This document shows positions 41,301 to 49,976 of a stretch of DNA of 64,000 nt, one piece after another (within the stretch, counting starts at the first letter, position 1; each line of letters starts with the position of its first letter). This stretch comes from Thermoplasmatota archaeon. GTDB taxonomy: Archaea > Thermoplasmatota > Penumbrarchaeia > Penumbrarchaeales > Penumbrarchaeaceae. The stretch lies in the NCBI GenBank assembly GCA_025457865.1, contig JALOTP010000005.1:5596-69595 (forward strand), read 5' to 3'. Both the position numbers and the translations under genes were made by a program. Below the pieces are notes generated by a model. That model was not told where the DNA came from. It made no database searches and saw only the letters and a program-made list of their open reading frames with translations.

Positions 41301-41711
41301 GTTTTCATATCCAGGTACAACCAGATATTCATATCGCCCATCGATACCGGGTACGATGAGAAGGGCGAGTACAGACCATGGGCGGTGAAGGAGCAGTTCA
41401 AGGAGGAAACCAAGCAGTTGGAGCCTAAAGAGGCCCCACCACAGTTGCCTCCGCCATCGAAACCCGGGTTGCCCCCAGCACCCTCCGAGGCCAAACTAGC
41501 CCCAGCTGTGGCCGCGCCGGTCCCGGTCCAATCACCAAGACCCGCGGTGGCCGCGCCGGTATCTTTCCCCCAGGCAAGACCGGTTCCGACAGGGGCCCCG
41601 CCACCAACCCCAATGAGACCGGTCCCCGTGCAGCCTATGGCAGCGAGACCCATTGCAGCGCCTGTTTCAATGCCTCCACCGAGACAGGTACAACCCCCTG
41701 TTCCTAAGTAG
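38337..41711 (+). CDS. Giant surface protein (1124 aa) with repeated CARDB/Ig-like beta-sandwich modules, a C-terminal TM anchor and a Pro/Ala-rich tail
   Basis: The N-terminal TM is YMIALGLVLLMVVPSYIIAV. CARDB-like segments include DIAVDGIDVQRPSQSNNIYPGQKITVWVKL. The C-terminal TM is ILIPLALLIIFATAMFVFI and is followed by about 95 aa of proline-rich sequence. Confidence 0.75.
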   Translation: MTDRFRPLAKQLSSRSVANGTIPWMAKDDIVPSLMTTHRNEMSAHKGVNRLARKYENNPGYMIALGLVLLMVVPSYIIAVRSEGEAPSRDWLDIAVDGIDVQRPSQSNNIYPGQKITVWVKLIHDNRPLESATLINLDNQFTVVLVVDDTYSNVTTMYKTVSSMPLNYTGADPPHGGPNSPYIVYFIWTVPMRKPAGVTSWNDFSFMMYATITVDDDDKSDNFRSGSGVRVSEPEFAPMIIEEGEKDGKGPIHDVVVGNPYFIPFLLMNDGPALDNIGIEILSYPDGWSTDPFSPRVVYPNDAESLELPIQIPNNPFFALNTEKGKEKIYSIEVRAYSAFYPDGPYLSNERHTFRFKVAFKPGAEMWPAKPYVYLEPGLDPNTNRVDFYIKNTGNGESTYTLSTNLQDIDKKRGWDVTFKSGDAQQEDIEPNKVYMFSLKVRVPLNAMYLTNINIVVRATLTASAVTYESFSQNLIVYADKHFAADIQNFEKASFKVEPGRENIIKFNFTNLGNTKDDTLFLNVTHKPYDWTVIIDQSPLKGKGLGPYTTVTLTMVCIIPETSSATLSTFRPMVKVEARGGSPPKKLDTEEFYFEVPLRRKLDLSSPQREKEGFLGGKLVFDVNVRNAGNDVDSFNLSVNHPWAELEETRIEISSNEVVTLKLYVDIPQNAAADTNPDTPFPLDPVRNWYDGYKITVTGYSQNETKDGGKKGSTLTKVDLVLHVQPFYNFEMEIDPEEKPLQFSMDHDQSRAVRVKVTNLGNIALTVKLGFVDNPYSWMRLQNTYIDVPYGRSSYATLFLDLSADTISEIGNVTLHLRGSARTGFSGEIEYRIPIVVNFYRLMFDFTERRMNNEPFTGVLNGERDLTYSFQVNISNVGSKDLHPFQFEPLYVVLYDGSFEIDRANITYLQVGQYKVVRFRWVASTPGPHQMSIVLEGDIPISEKGEVKESWIMNIRKEPIKVDEDDSLELYEILIPLALLIIFATAMFVFISRYNQIFISPIDTGYDEKGEYRPWAVKEQFKEETKQLEPKEAPPQLPPPSKPGLPPAPSEAKLAPAVAAPVPVQSPRPAVAAPVSFPQARPVPTGAPPPTPMRPVPVQPMAARPIAAPVSMPPPRQVQPPVPK

Positions 41712-41720
41712 GGCGAGACG

Positions 41721-42761
41721 CTAACGGACGACCCTCAGGACACATATGTGCCTAGTTAGGCTCTTATGCACTCTGAACTTCAGGATGGAAGAGAGCTCGT
41801 ACCCTTCGACACGGTCGAGCATACGCTCGTCAGGCGCGTCAAGGACCACTGGAGCTCCATTGACCAGGAGCTCCCTGGCGCTTGTTAGTACAACCCTGAG
41901 AAGGTCACCCGGTTCGCTCCCTCCTGAACTTGCCGACCTTCCGAACGGTGGGTCGGTCAGGAGGCCATCGAAGGGGGCATTTGCCGTCACAGCCTTAATT
42001 GAACGGATGGACCTCGAGTCGCCCAGGTGTGCTCGGACCCGCTCTGTAAGTCCTTTGCTATCAAGGTTCTTAAAGGCTCCTTCCAGGACCCTCAGGTCCA
42101 CCTCGATACCTGTACATTCGTATCCCAGCAGAGCCGCTTCCATGATCAGTCCACCGGGTCCCATGAACGGGTCGAGTATTGAGCTGCCGACCGGCAGGCC
42201 AAGGAGATTGACCATGGATCGTGAGACCCTTGGGTCCATCATGACAGGTCTGGAGAAGGCGAGATTGGACCCCCTTCTTGACATCAGCTCGGACCTTGAG
42301 GATGAGTGGGTAGTGTGCCCTACGAAGGCCTCTTTGGCAACAACGACGAACACCTTGCTGTCAGGCGATCTCAATCTGAGCTTCCTCCCAGCTCCACCGA
42401 TCGCTTCTGCGATGCCGTTGAACAGCTCCTCTGCCGTGAACGGTAGTATTCCCCTGGGCATTCTGACCAGAGGTGCGAGGGATAGCTCCGGGTCGAGCAT
42501 TTCAATGGTCCCTTCCACAGCGGCCATTACGCGCTCCATCTCCGGAGGGCAGGTCCTTTCAAGGACCCCTGCAAAATGGCACATGCCCAATCGGTCGACA
42601 AGCTCCGGGGATGGCTTTTGTTCGATAAGGGCGATCCGGTCCTGGAATTCGACAGGTTCACCTTTGGCCCCCAAGGCCCGATAGGCCGATAGTAGCTCGG
42701 CCCTTGCAAGGGGGGGGTTCTCACCCGATAGGTAAAGGAATCCCGTCATCGGACACTCCAA
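41721..42761 (-). CDS. THUMP-domain tRNA (guanine(10)-N2)-methyltransferase (Trm-G10/Trm11 family)
   Basis: SAM-binding and catalytic motifs are ILDPFMGPGGLIMEAALLGYECTGIEVD and LLTDPPFGRS (DPPY/F-type). The N-terminal half is THUMP-like. Confidence 0.75.
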   Translation of the reverse strand: MECPMTGFLYLSGENPPLARAELLSAYRALGAKGEPVEFQDRIALIEQKPSPELVDRLGMCHFAGVLERTCPPEMERVMAAVEGTIEMLDPELSLAPLVRMPRGILPFTAEELFNGIAEAIGGAGRKLRLRSPDSKVFVVVAKEAFVGHTTHSSSRSELMSRRGSNLAFSRPVMMDPRVSRSMVNLLGLPVGSSILDPFMGPGGLIMEAALLGYECTGIEVDLRVLEGAFKNLDSKGLTERVRAHLGDSRSIRSIKAVTANAPFDGLLTDPPFGRSASSGGSEPGDLLRVVLTSARELLVNGAPVVLDAPDERMLDRVEGYELSSILKFRVHKSLTRHICVLRVVR

Positions 42762-42865
42762 GGTCTATCCCCTAATAAACATTGATAGAGTGGGCGATGC
42801 TGGTGGCGCCGACCATTCAAAAGGTTTTTCTCCATCAGGCTCCCTAAGGGGGTAGAGGTGTTAGA

Positions 42866-45800
42866 TTGCACAGCATCAGGTACGCCCTCGTTCTGTTCAT
42901 GATCGCAATACTGGCGTTCCCCATATCTTCCCTTCTCTCTCTCGAGAACGAAGGGGACGCCATCGCCTGGACCGACGGTAACGACGACAGTGATGCTTAC
43001 CCCAACTATGGGATCCAGGACATCATAGCCGATAAGGCCTATCACCTCTTCAACGAGAGCGAGCCCGAGAAGGCCGAGTTCATCAGTTACTGGTACATGT
43101 GGAACGGAGCGGATTCCAAAGAGGTCTCCTTTGACATTACCCATTCAAGGCCCGGGATCTATGATAATTTCCTTGCCTGGACGGATGATGGGCTCGAGGG
43201 GGATTACACTAACTATTTCATAAACAACAGGAAGGGTTGGGAGGTCATCGATGCCCCGACCTACGTTCAGACCCTTGCCAACAGGAGCGTGGAGAACCTC
43301 ACGGCTTGGATGATGGGCGGTATGAGGCCAGGTGCGGTGGAACATCACAAGGCGGCCTACAACGTAGGTGTCCTTTCCAAGTATGTCGGGGACATGACCC
43401 AGTACGGTCACACTGACTATTCGCAATGGGACCAATCCGTCATTCCCAAGTACAATCCCGCCACGACCACCGAGACCTCTTACCAGCTCTACTACGAGGC
43501 CTATCTGTGGACGGACGTTTACATGAACGTGATGATAGACGATTTCTGGTACAGGGAGTTCGCCCCCCCTATGCCAATGAACGGCTCCCGTCTCAATACG
43601 GCCACGGCAGATCTGGCAAGATGGGTGAACAGCAGGGGGCTCCCTCCAACCACCATGGTCGACCATGACGGCTCTACCATCAAGGTCGGGGCCAACTACA
43701 AAACGATGCTGGATCAGTTCATTTACAACTGGGACAACGATGGCAAGCACAAGGGAGTGAGAGGTTTCAACGCGACCCTTTGGAACCTTACGGTCGAGAA
43801 CCTGATCGCGGGAGCAGAGAACCTATCGGCCATGTACGAGGCCATATATGATGAGGCCTACGAACGTTTCCTAGCATACTCACCGGACCTGGTCGTAACG
43901 GATTGGAGCGTGAACCCGTGGCCGGTCATAGCCAATGATGATGTCGAGGTCAATGTGACCGTAATGAACAGAGGACCTACGGCAGCTAAGAAGTTCGACC
44001 TTCTCCTCGAGATAGGGGATTTCAACACGACCCGCTCGCTCCAGCTCGACCCCTGGGGTACCAAGAACGTCTCGTTCTACCGGTACCGGACAGGGACGGG
44101 CGCCTTCACCATCAATGTGAGCCTCGATTTCAACCTCGACATTGCGGAGAGGAACGAATCCAACAATCTGCTGACCACCACCATATTGCCGGTCCCTGAG
44201 ATCCACGGCTCGACCATATCACTGGACCACCCATTAATGGATATCAGGAGGGATGCAAGGAGGGCCATAGATGTCAGGGTCCAGAACACCGGGAACAGGA
44301 AGGACCTTTTCCGAATAGAAGCGTCATCGGCACATAAGGGGGTCACATTCGAGCTCCCAACGGAGGTCTTGATCGTAAAACCAGCATGGAGCTCATCGGC
44401 GACGGTCTTTTTGAGAACGCCTCCCGACCTCCCCCTAGGACCTACGACCATCACCCTCCGGGCAATAGGTTCGAACTCGACCTCAGAGCTCATGGTCCCC
44501 TTAACGGTCCTTGAACGGACCAATGACCCCATTGTCGTGATAGACGGTCCTGACTGGGCAAGGCTGGAGGATGAGATAGTACTGGATGCCGGAAGGACGA
44601 CGGACCCCGACGACGATGTGCTATCGTTCCTATGGACCGTTCCGGGGTTCGGCAACCTTTCAGGTCCCAGGATCAATGTCAACTACACCATCGTGGGCAC
44701 TTACCATATCGTGCTCCTCGTGGATGACGGTAACGTGACGGTCCACAGGGATTGGCCTGTTAGGGTCTATCCCCGTGTGCCTGGGAACCTTTCGACCCAG
44801 ATAGCATCCGTGGGTGTATCTGGTATCACTTTGACATGGGTGCCATGGGGGGCGGGAGGCCTGGTCGCTTACTGGTTGGAGGCCAGGGCGGACCCCGGGC
44901 AGGGGCCATTGTCCGAAAGAGGGCCGTTCTCGTTACGGCTCGGGCCAGGCAACACGACCGGGAGGCTCGGCCGTTTCCTCCCCGGGACGAAGGTCACCAT
45001 CTCCTTCTCGGTGGAGGCCATGGATTACGGGAACAGGACATTGGACACATTAAGCGCAAGGACGGCAGACCTCGCACTGTTCGAGGAGACGCTCAAGTTA
45101 TACATCGAGGAGAGGTGGCTCTACCTCCAGTACAAGCCATGGGTCGATCCGGAAGGCGTACGTGACCCTCTGATATCCATCGAGAGGGACCAGGGAGGTT
45201 TCGTTCCGCTCGATACGAGGAAGGAGGAGATGCAGAGGACAAAGGTGAGGGATGTGATTAGATACCAGCTTGGCTCGAGCTTCGGGTCCTACAGGGCCAC
45301 CTTGACCTACCTTTGGGGGAACGAGACCGTTGTGCCGTTCATGCTCGAGAGGTCGGTCCAGGTTGTCAACGCCCCCCCCGGGTTGGTCCTGTCCGGGTCG
45401 AACCAGACGTTCGAACTGAACGAGAACGGGACCTGCAGGGTATCACTCACGCTTACGCTGGACGACCCAATGGACACCCTGAACGTGACGGTCCGTTGGG
45501 GGGATGGAGCAGAGGAACATTACCTCCTGATGACCCCGAAGGAGGACATCCTGTTCCTCCTCCTCTTCCATAACTTCTCTGCGGTCGGGGATTATCCGTT
45601 CAGCACATCGGCTGTGGACTGGACAGGTATAACGACCTGGTCGAACAATACGCTCACCATCAACGAGTACACGCCCATAAAGCGCATCGAGGATGAGGAG
45701 AACAGGCTCATTGCAATAATTGTGGCCGTCGTCGTGGGTGTGTTCCTAGCCATAATGCTCGTGGTCCTAGGGTACATTGGTTACCGGTTCTCGAAGAAGG

Positions 45801-46000
45801 AGACCGAGGTCGAGTTCGACCTCAAGGACCTCAAGGGCGACAGCGAGAGGAACAAGGTAGGTACGGGGACCGATTTCGACCAGAGAAGGGTGCTCCAGAT
45901 ACCCAAAGAATCAATAATGATCAGGAGCCCCCCTCCCAAAGAGGGGGTGGCGGACGATGCCCCTATCATAAAGGGGACCATAACCTTCGATGAGGAATGA
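42866..46000 (+). CDS. Giant surface protein (1044 aa) with an N-terminal helical His-rich domain (possibly phospholipase C/P1-nuclease-like), CARDB and PKD modules, and a C-terminal TM anchor
   Basis: The signal-like N-terminus is ALVLFMIAILAFPISS. The CARDB module reads DLVVTDWSVNPWPVIANDDVEVNVTVMNRGPTAAKKF. The PKD-like module reads DPDDDVLSFLWTVPG...GTYHIVLLVDDGN. The TM is LIAIIVAVVVGVFLAIMLVVLGYIGY. The phospholipase-C-like call is weak. Confidence 0.7.
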   Translation: MHSIRYALVLFMIAILAFPISSLLSLENEGDAIAWTDGNDDSDAYPNYGIQDIIADKAYHLFNESEPEKAEFISYWYMWNGADSKEVSFDITHSRPGIYDNFLAWTDDGLEGDYTNYFINNRKGWEVIDAPTYVQTLANRSVENLTAWMMGGMRPGAVEHHKAAYNVGVLSKYVGDMTQYGHTDYSQWDQSVIPKYNPATTTETSYQLYYEAYLWTDVYMNVMIDDFWYREFAPPMPMNGSRLNTATADLARWVNSRGLPPTTMVDHDGSTIKVGANYKTMLDQFIYNWDNDGKHKGVRGFNATLWNLTVENLIAGAENLSAMYEAIYDEAYERFLAYSPDLVVTDWSVNPWPVIANDDVEVNVTVMNRGPTAAKKFDLLLEIGDFNTTRSLQLDPWGTKNVSFYRYRTGTGAFTINVSLDFNLDIAERNESNNLLTTTILPVPEIHGSTISLDHPLMDIRRDARRAIDVRVQNTGNRKDLFRIEASSAHKGVTFELPTEVLIVKPAWSSSATVFLRTPPDLPLGPTTITLRAIGSNSTSELMVPLTVLERTNDPIVVIDGPDWARLEDEIVLDAGRTTDPDDDVLSFLWTVPGFGNLSGPRINVNYTIVGTYHIVLLVDDGNVTVHRDWPVRVYPRVPGNLSTQIASVGVSGITLTWVPWGAGGLVAYWLEARADPGQGPLSERGPFSLRLGPGNTTGRLGRFLPGTKVTISFSVEAMDYGNRTLDTLSARTADLALFEETLKLYIEERWLYLQYKPWVDPEGVRDPLISIERDQGGFVPLDTRKEEMQRTKVRDVIRYQLGSSFGSYRATLTYLWGNETVVPFMLERSVQVVNAPPGLVLSGSNQTFELNENGTCRVSLTLTLDDPMDTLNVTVRWGDGAEEHYLLMTPKEDILFLLLFHNFSAVGDYPFSTSAVDWTGITTWSNNTLTINEYTPIKRIEDEENRLIAIIVAVVVGVFLAIMLVVLGYIGYRFSKKETEVEFDLKDLKGDSERNKVGTGTDFDQRRVLQIPKESIMIRSPPPKEGVADDAPIIKGTITFDEE

Positions 46001-46068
46001 TCTCCGATAACAAGGAACATGAACATGGTCTATGAAGGAAAGACCGGACAAACCTAGAAGGACCGTTC

Positions 46069-46431
46069 CTACTTGGGTGGGAATACAGAGACGTAGAGCC
46101 TGCACTTATGGCATCTGGCCATTCCGACGCCCAGCGGTTTCTTGAAGGGACCGGTTATTGGTTCCTCGAGGTCCGTGAACCTGTTCCCCTCCACCCCCGA
46201 GGCCCAGTGTATGGCATCCTTCGAAACGAGGTATCCGTATTCGACAGGTCCACCGCAGGCGGGGCACTTGGGCAGGTTGGCTCTAATATCTTCGGTCCAT
46301 TTGTTGGTCAGCATGTTGGTCATTTTCCATCCCTCATTTTTCATCGGTTGACGTTCATGTGCAAGGAACATTGAATATTTAACGATTAATATGTTTCGCA
46401 GTAAATGACGACCCCAAGGAAGCAGAACCAT
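46069..46431 (-). CDS. Small zinc-ribbon protein
   Basis: Paired CxxC motifs are present (KCPACGG ... CHKCRL). The start is probably an internal Met, MKNEGWKMTNM. The function is unknown. Confidence 0.5.
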   Translation of the reverse strand: MVLLPWGRHLLRNILIVKYSMFLAHERQPMKNEGWKMTNMLTNKWTEDIRANLPKCPACGGPVEYGYLVSKDAIHWASGVEGNRFTDLEEPITGPFKKPLGVGMARCHKCRLYVSVFPPK

Positions 46432-46454
46432 TATTATTCGAGTAACCTTTTTAT

Positions 46455-47540
46455 GTGTCCGACCAAGGGGTTCATCCTATGGAGGCCAGGGAACTGATAG
46501 CAGCCGAAAGGGCGATGGTGGAAGGGAAGATAGGGGAGTTCTTCGACCATGAGTCACGTCTCTGCCTGGAAGATCCATTGGCCAGGGAGCTCCTGGATGC
46601 CCTCAGGGAATACACCATGAGGGGCGGGAAGCGGGTAAGGGCGGTCATGCTCGTCCTGGGATATCTGGCAGTGGGCGGTCGGGATATGGAAAGAGCGAGG
46701 AAGGCCGCAGTCAGCATGGAGCTGGTCCAGGACATGCTGCTCATCCATGATGACCTCATGGACCGCTCCCCTGAGAGGAGGGGTGGAAGGTCCCTCCACG
46801 AGCATTTTCGGGCCGTCCACAGGGAGAGGGGCTACAGGGGTGACCCCGAGAGGTTCGGGTACAACATGGCCCTGATAGGGGGAGACCTGGCCGAATCGAT
46901 GGCCGAGAAGGCCCTCCTTGCTTCGGGCTTCCCAAGCCGGAACCTTGTCAAAGCCATGTCACTACAGGCCGATATGGTCAGGGACACAGGGTACGGTCAG
47001 GTCCTGGACCTCTGCTCCATGGAGCTTCCCGAATGGTCCGAGGACCAGGTGCTAAAGGTCCACCATTACAAGACGGCAAGGTACACCTTCGAAGGCCCTC
47101 TTCTTATTGGGGCCATTCTGCACGGTGCGCCACAGAGGGCCCTCGGGGCGCTGTCGGGCTTTGCCGTTCCGATCGGTATCGCATTCCAGTTGATCGATGA
47201 TATCATTGGCCTCTTCGGGGACCCAAAGAAGGGCGGGGCCTCGGACATTTCGGACATCAGGGAAGGGAAGAGGACACTGTTGGTCATCGATGCATTGAAG
47301 AAGGTGTCCGAAGCGGACGCATCGATGGTCCTGAATGGACTGGGTGACCCGGATCTGACGCTTGCGGATGCGGCTAGGATTCGGGAGATAGTGGTTGCTT
47401 CAGGTGCTGTTGAGAGGTCTCGAGCCCTTGCATCGGAGCTGACCGAGAGGGGCGATTCATCACTGGACGGTTCGGGCCTGGACCCGACGGTCTGCGAGGC
47501 CCTCCGGGTGCTTGCCGATGAGATGCTAGGAAGGGTCTGA
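46455..47540 (+). CDS. idsA: Polyprenyl (geranylgeranyl) diphosphate synthase
   Basis: The two aspartate-rich motifs are LIHDDLMDRS (first DDxxD) and FQLIDDIIG (second DDxxD). Confidence 0.85.
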   Translation: MSDQGVHPMEARELIAAERAMVEGKIGEFFDHESRLCLEDPLARELLDALREYTMRGGKRVRAVMLVLGYLAVGGRDMERARKAAVSMELVQDMLLIHDDLMDRSPERRGGRSLHEHFRAVHRERGYRGDPERFGYNMALIGGDLAESMAEKALLASGFPSRNLVKAMSLQADMVRDTGYGQVLDLCSMELPEWSEDQVLKVHHYKTARYTFEGPLLIGAILHGAPQRALGALSGFAVPIGIAFQLIDDIIGLFGDPKKGGASDISDIREGKRTLLVIDALKKVSEADASMVLNGLGDPDLTLADAARIREIVVASGAVERSRALASELTERGDSSLDGSGLDPTVCEALRVLADEMLGRV

Positions 47541-47859
47541 CCCCGTACCACACCGACGCATCGGGATGAGGCCGGCCCCGTAATACCCGATATCTGCCAT
47601 TTATCTGTAACAAAGTAATATCTTGAGCAAATATATTTATATAATATTACAAAAATCTCTCTATTAATTATAAATACACACCCCACCGATGGATCCATAC
47701 GGAGTGAAATGATTTTCTAAACGGAACGCACTCGATCCCCTATTCCAAACCCCCCACTCCGTCAAGGCCGGCAGGCCTGGCTCGTCCGCGATCCCCTTGG
47801 TCCTTCCGGCCTCTCTAATATCCTGCTTAGGTCCATTGACGGCCCCCTTCTCACCTCTA

Positions 47860-49503
47860 TCATACGATGTCGAGCTCGACCATGTTGCCCAGGCGGTCAT
47901 ATGCTGTCATTGTCCCTTCAGTGAATGGAAAGCCTATGATGATATTGATACCTGGGAACCTCGAGAACATCTGGAGGTCGGCACCGGACGGGCGGGTCGA
48001 ACCAGAGGGGTGGGAGTGGACGACCCCTTCCCCGGAGATGCTGCGCTGGCTGAGCCTGTCGAAAAGGGAGAACATGACCACCGCCCTTCCGGATGCAGAA
48101 TCCAGTATGGGTTCGATATGTGTGATACGATCGATACCCCTGAGCATGGCCCCGAACTCGTTCGGATAGGCATCCTTCGCACGGGATATTATCTCATTGA
48201 CCGCGCCACGTTCTATGACATGGACCGGTACGTCCTTGAACATCTCTGATGTGTCAGGGTCCTCTCTGAGCCATTCCTGACCTGAGACCCCCTCTTTGAG
48301 AACCTCGTAAGCATCCCTGTATTGTTTCACGGGATATTTGAGCACAAGTCCAAGAAGCGTCCTCTTCGCCCCCCTCCTATCACCTTTCCGTATAAGGGCA
48401 AGGAACCCTGCGGCCATGGCGAGGGATACCCCCTCAACGTCACCGATCCTCCTCAGGTGCCTCAAAGGGTCCTTGACCTGTAAGAGGGCATCGTCGGTCC
48501 TCCCTGCCCTGCTGAGCCATAGGGCGGCTTCCAGCCTCTTTCTGGCCCCTTCGTCGAAGAAACCGCCCCCATCCAAACCACAGGCCGCCTTTAGCATCAG
48601 ATCTGCCCCGTCGCTCAGGTCCCTGGCCGTGGATCCCTCGGTGCATATGATCAGACCTTTGAGGAACAGGGCCTCATACGACATGACAGTGTTCCCAAGC
48701 CTCTTCAATTCGGTTTCGGCGGAGGTTAGAAGTGCGTCCCCTGCAGCTCTTTCGTTCATAAGTGGGGCAAGTTCTAGCGCGCATAACGCACCGAGACCGC
48801 TGAACCTCCTTCTCTCTGAGATAGCCCTGCATTCGGTCATGGCTGCAATAACGGTCCCAAGGTCCCCGACCTCCCCTGCCATGACACCGGACATATAAAG
48901 GCACCTTGCCACATGGTGATCGCCTATGGCCCCCTCCAGCATCCTAGCACCGGTCATTGCGTTATCGAGCCAAGTTTTCGAAGCCATCAGATATGGTCCC
49001 CTTTCCTTCTCAGAGGGGATGATCACGGCCCTATGATGGAACAACAACGAGCCCAGGAGTAGCCTTTCGACCGCTGGAAGGACAATGTCCAAAGTTGCAT
49101 CGCTTGGCCAGTTTTGCCTTCCCCTGCTCGGACGCCCGTCAATGCCCAGGGCCGATGCTATGGGCCTGACATCTGCAGGCAAGGAATGGAGCAATGTCAA
49201 TAGACCGAACCTTGCGGCAGCATAGGCATTTACAGCCCCACCCTCACAAGAGGCCTCGAGCAGGTGCTCGAGCGGGACCAACGCCTCCCTGAAGGACCCC
49301 TTGAGCTCGAGCGCCTCCGAAGCGGCCAGGAGCTCGTGGGTCGCTGGAGCTGAACGCCTCCCTCGTAGCAGGCGGCCTAACCGGCCGCCCCCTCGCCCTT
49401 CATAAGGGGTGCATAATCTGTCCATTGTCACCAGATTTCCGCACCTGACGGGAAGGGCAGTCGATTCCAACAGGGAAAGGTCAGGGCACCACTCTGTCAT
49501 CAT
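47860..49503 (-). CDS. JAMM/MPN+ metalloprotease domain protein with a roughly 410-aa helical-repeat N-terminal region
   Basis: The C-terminal 135 aa contain PNEFGAML (the catalytic Glu context) and GVVHSHPSGSTRPSGADL, the complete HxHx7Sx2D motif. The N-terminal region is Ala/Leu/Arg-rich and predicted helical, with no recognised family. The start overlaps the upstream stop in ATGA context. Confidence 0.8.
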   Translation of the reverse strand: MMTEWCPDLSLLESTALPVRCGNLVTMDRLCTPYEGRGGGRLGRLLRGRRSAPATHELLAASEALELKGSFREALVPLEHLLEASCEGGAVNAYAAARFGLLTLLHSLPADVRPIASALGIDGRPSRGRQNWPSDATLDIVLPAVERLLLGSLLFHHRAVIIPSEKERGPYLMASKTWLDNAMTGARMLEGAIGDHHVARCLYMSGVMAGEVGDLGTVIAAMTECRAISERRRFSGLGALCALELAPLMNERAAGDALLTSAETELKRLGNTVMSYEALFLKGLIICTEGSTARDLSDGADLMLKAACGLDGGGFFDEGARKRLEAALWLSRAGRTDDALLQVKDPLRHLRRIGDVEGVSLAMAAGFLALIRKGDRRGAKRTLLGLVLKYPVKQYRDAYEVLKEGVSGQEWLREDPDTSEMFKDVPVHVIERGAVNEIISRAKDAYPNEFGAMLRGIDRITHIEPILDSASGRAVVMFSLFDRLSQRSISGEGVVHSHPSGSTRPSGADLQMFSRFPGINIIIGFPFTEGTMTAYDRLGNMVELDIV

Positions 49504-49976
49504 CTCTCTCCATAAAGGATCTGGTCCTCGACCTCGGCGTAGAAGGGGGACATGTCCGCGCCCCTCTCCAATCCGACCTGGATGACCGCGCAGGGGAACA
49601 GGACCCTGAGCTCGCCGACCCTCTTGTTGATGGTCCGTACCGCTTCCTTCCTGTCCAGACCGGACCTGATAACGGTCTCTATCATCCTCTCCAGTAAGGG
49701 CCTGACCAACGTACTGGTCTCCAGGTCCTTAGGGGGTCTGTAAGCGACATCCACCACCGTCGATCCCATGTCGAATGTTGGTGTCAATCTGGAATCCGGT
49801 CCTGTCTGGAGATAGCCGGAGGCAGCAGCGGCGTCGACCACATTGGCAGCCTTGTCCGGGTCGAACCATCGGAGGTTGTAGATGAGGATGTTCCTCATCT
49901 CCGTTCTGGTCAGGGAGGAGCCATTGCCCAGCTTGAAGACCGCCGCAACAATGGACCTGAGCTCGTCCATGCTCAT
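49500..49976 (-). CDS. Conserved archaeal hypothetical protein (DUF2240-like)
   Basis: The 158-aa product has an N-terminal segment LTRTEMRNILIYNLRWFDPDKAANVVDAAAASGYLQ that resembles archaeal DUF2240 proteins as I recall them. It has 4-nt overlaps with both neighbours. Confidence 0.5.
   Translation of the reverse strand: MSMDELRSIVAAVFKLGNGSSLTRTEMRNILIYNLRWFDPDKAANVVDAAAASGYLQTGPDSRLTPTFDMGSTVVDVAYRPPKDLETSTLVRPLLERMIETVIRSGLDRKEAVRTINKRVGELRVLFPCAVIQVGLERGADMSPFYAEVEDQILYGER

Noticed and set aside
41746-42684. 312-aa plus-strand ORF overlapping the Trm-G10 gene
   Set aside because: It is antisense to a methyltransferase with SAM and DPPF motifs. The product is Ser/Pro/Arg-rich low complexity.
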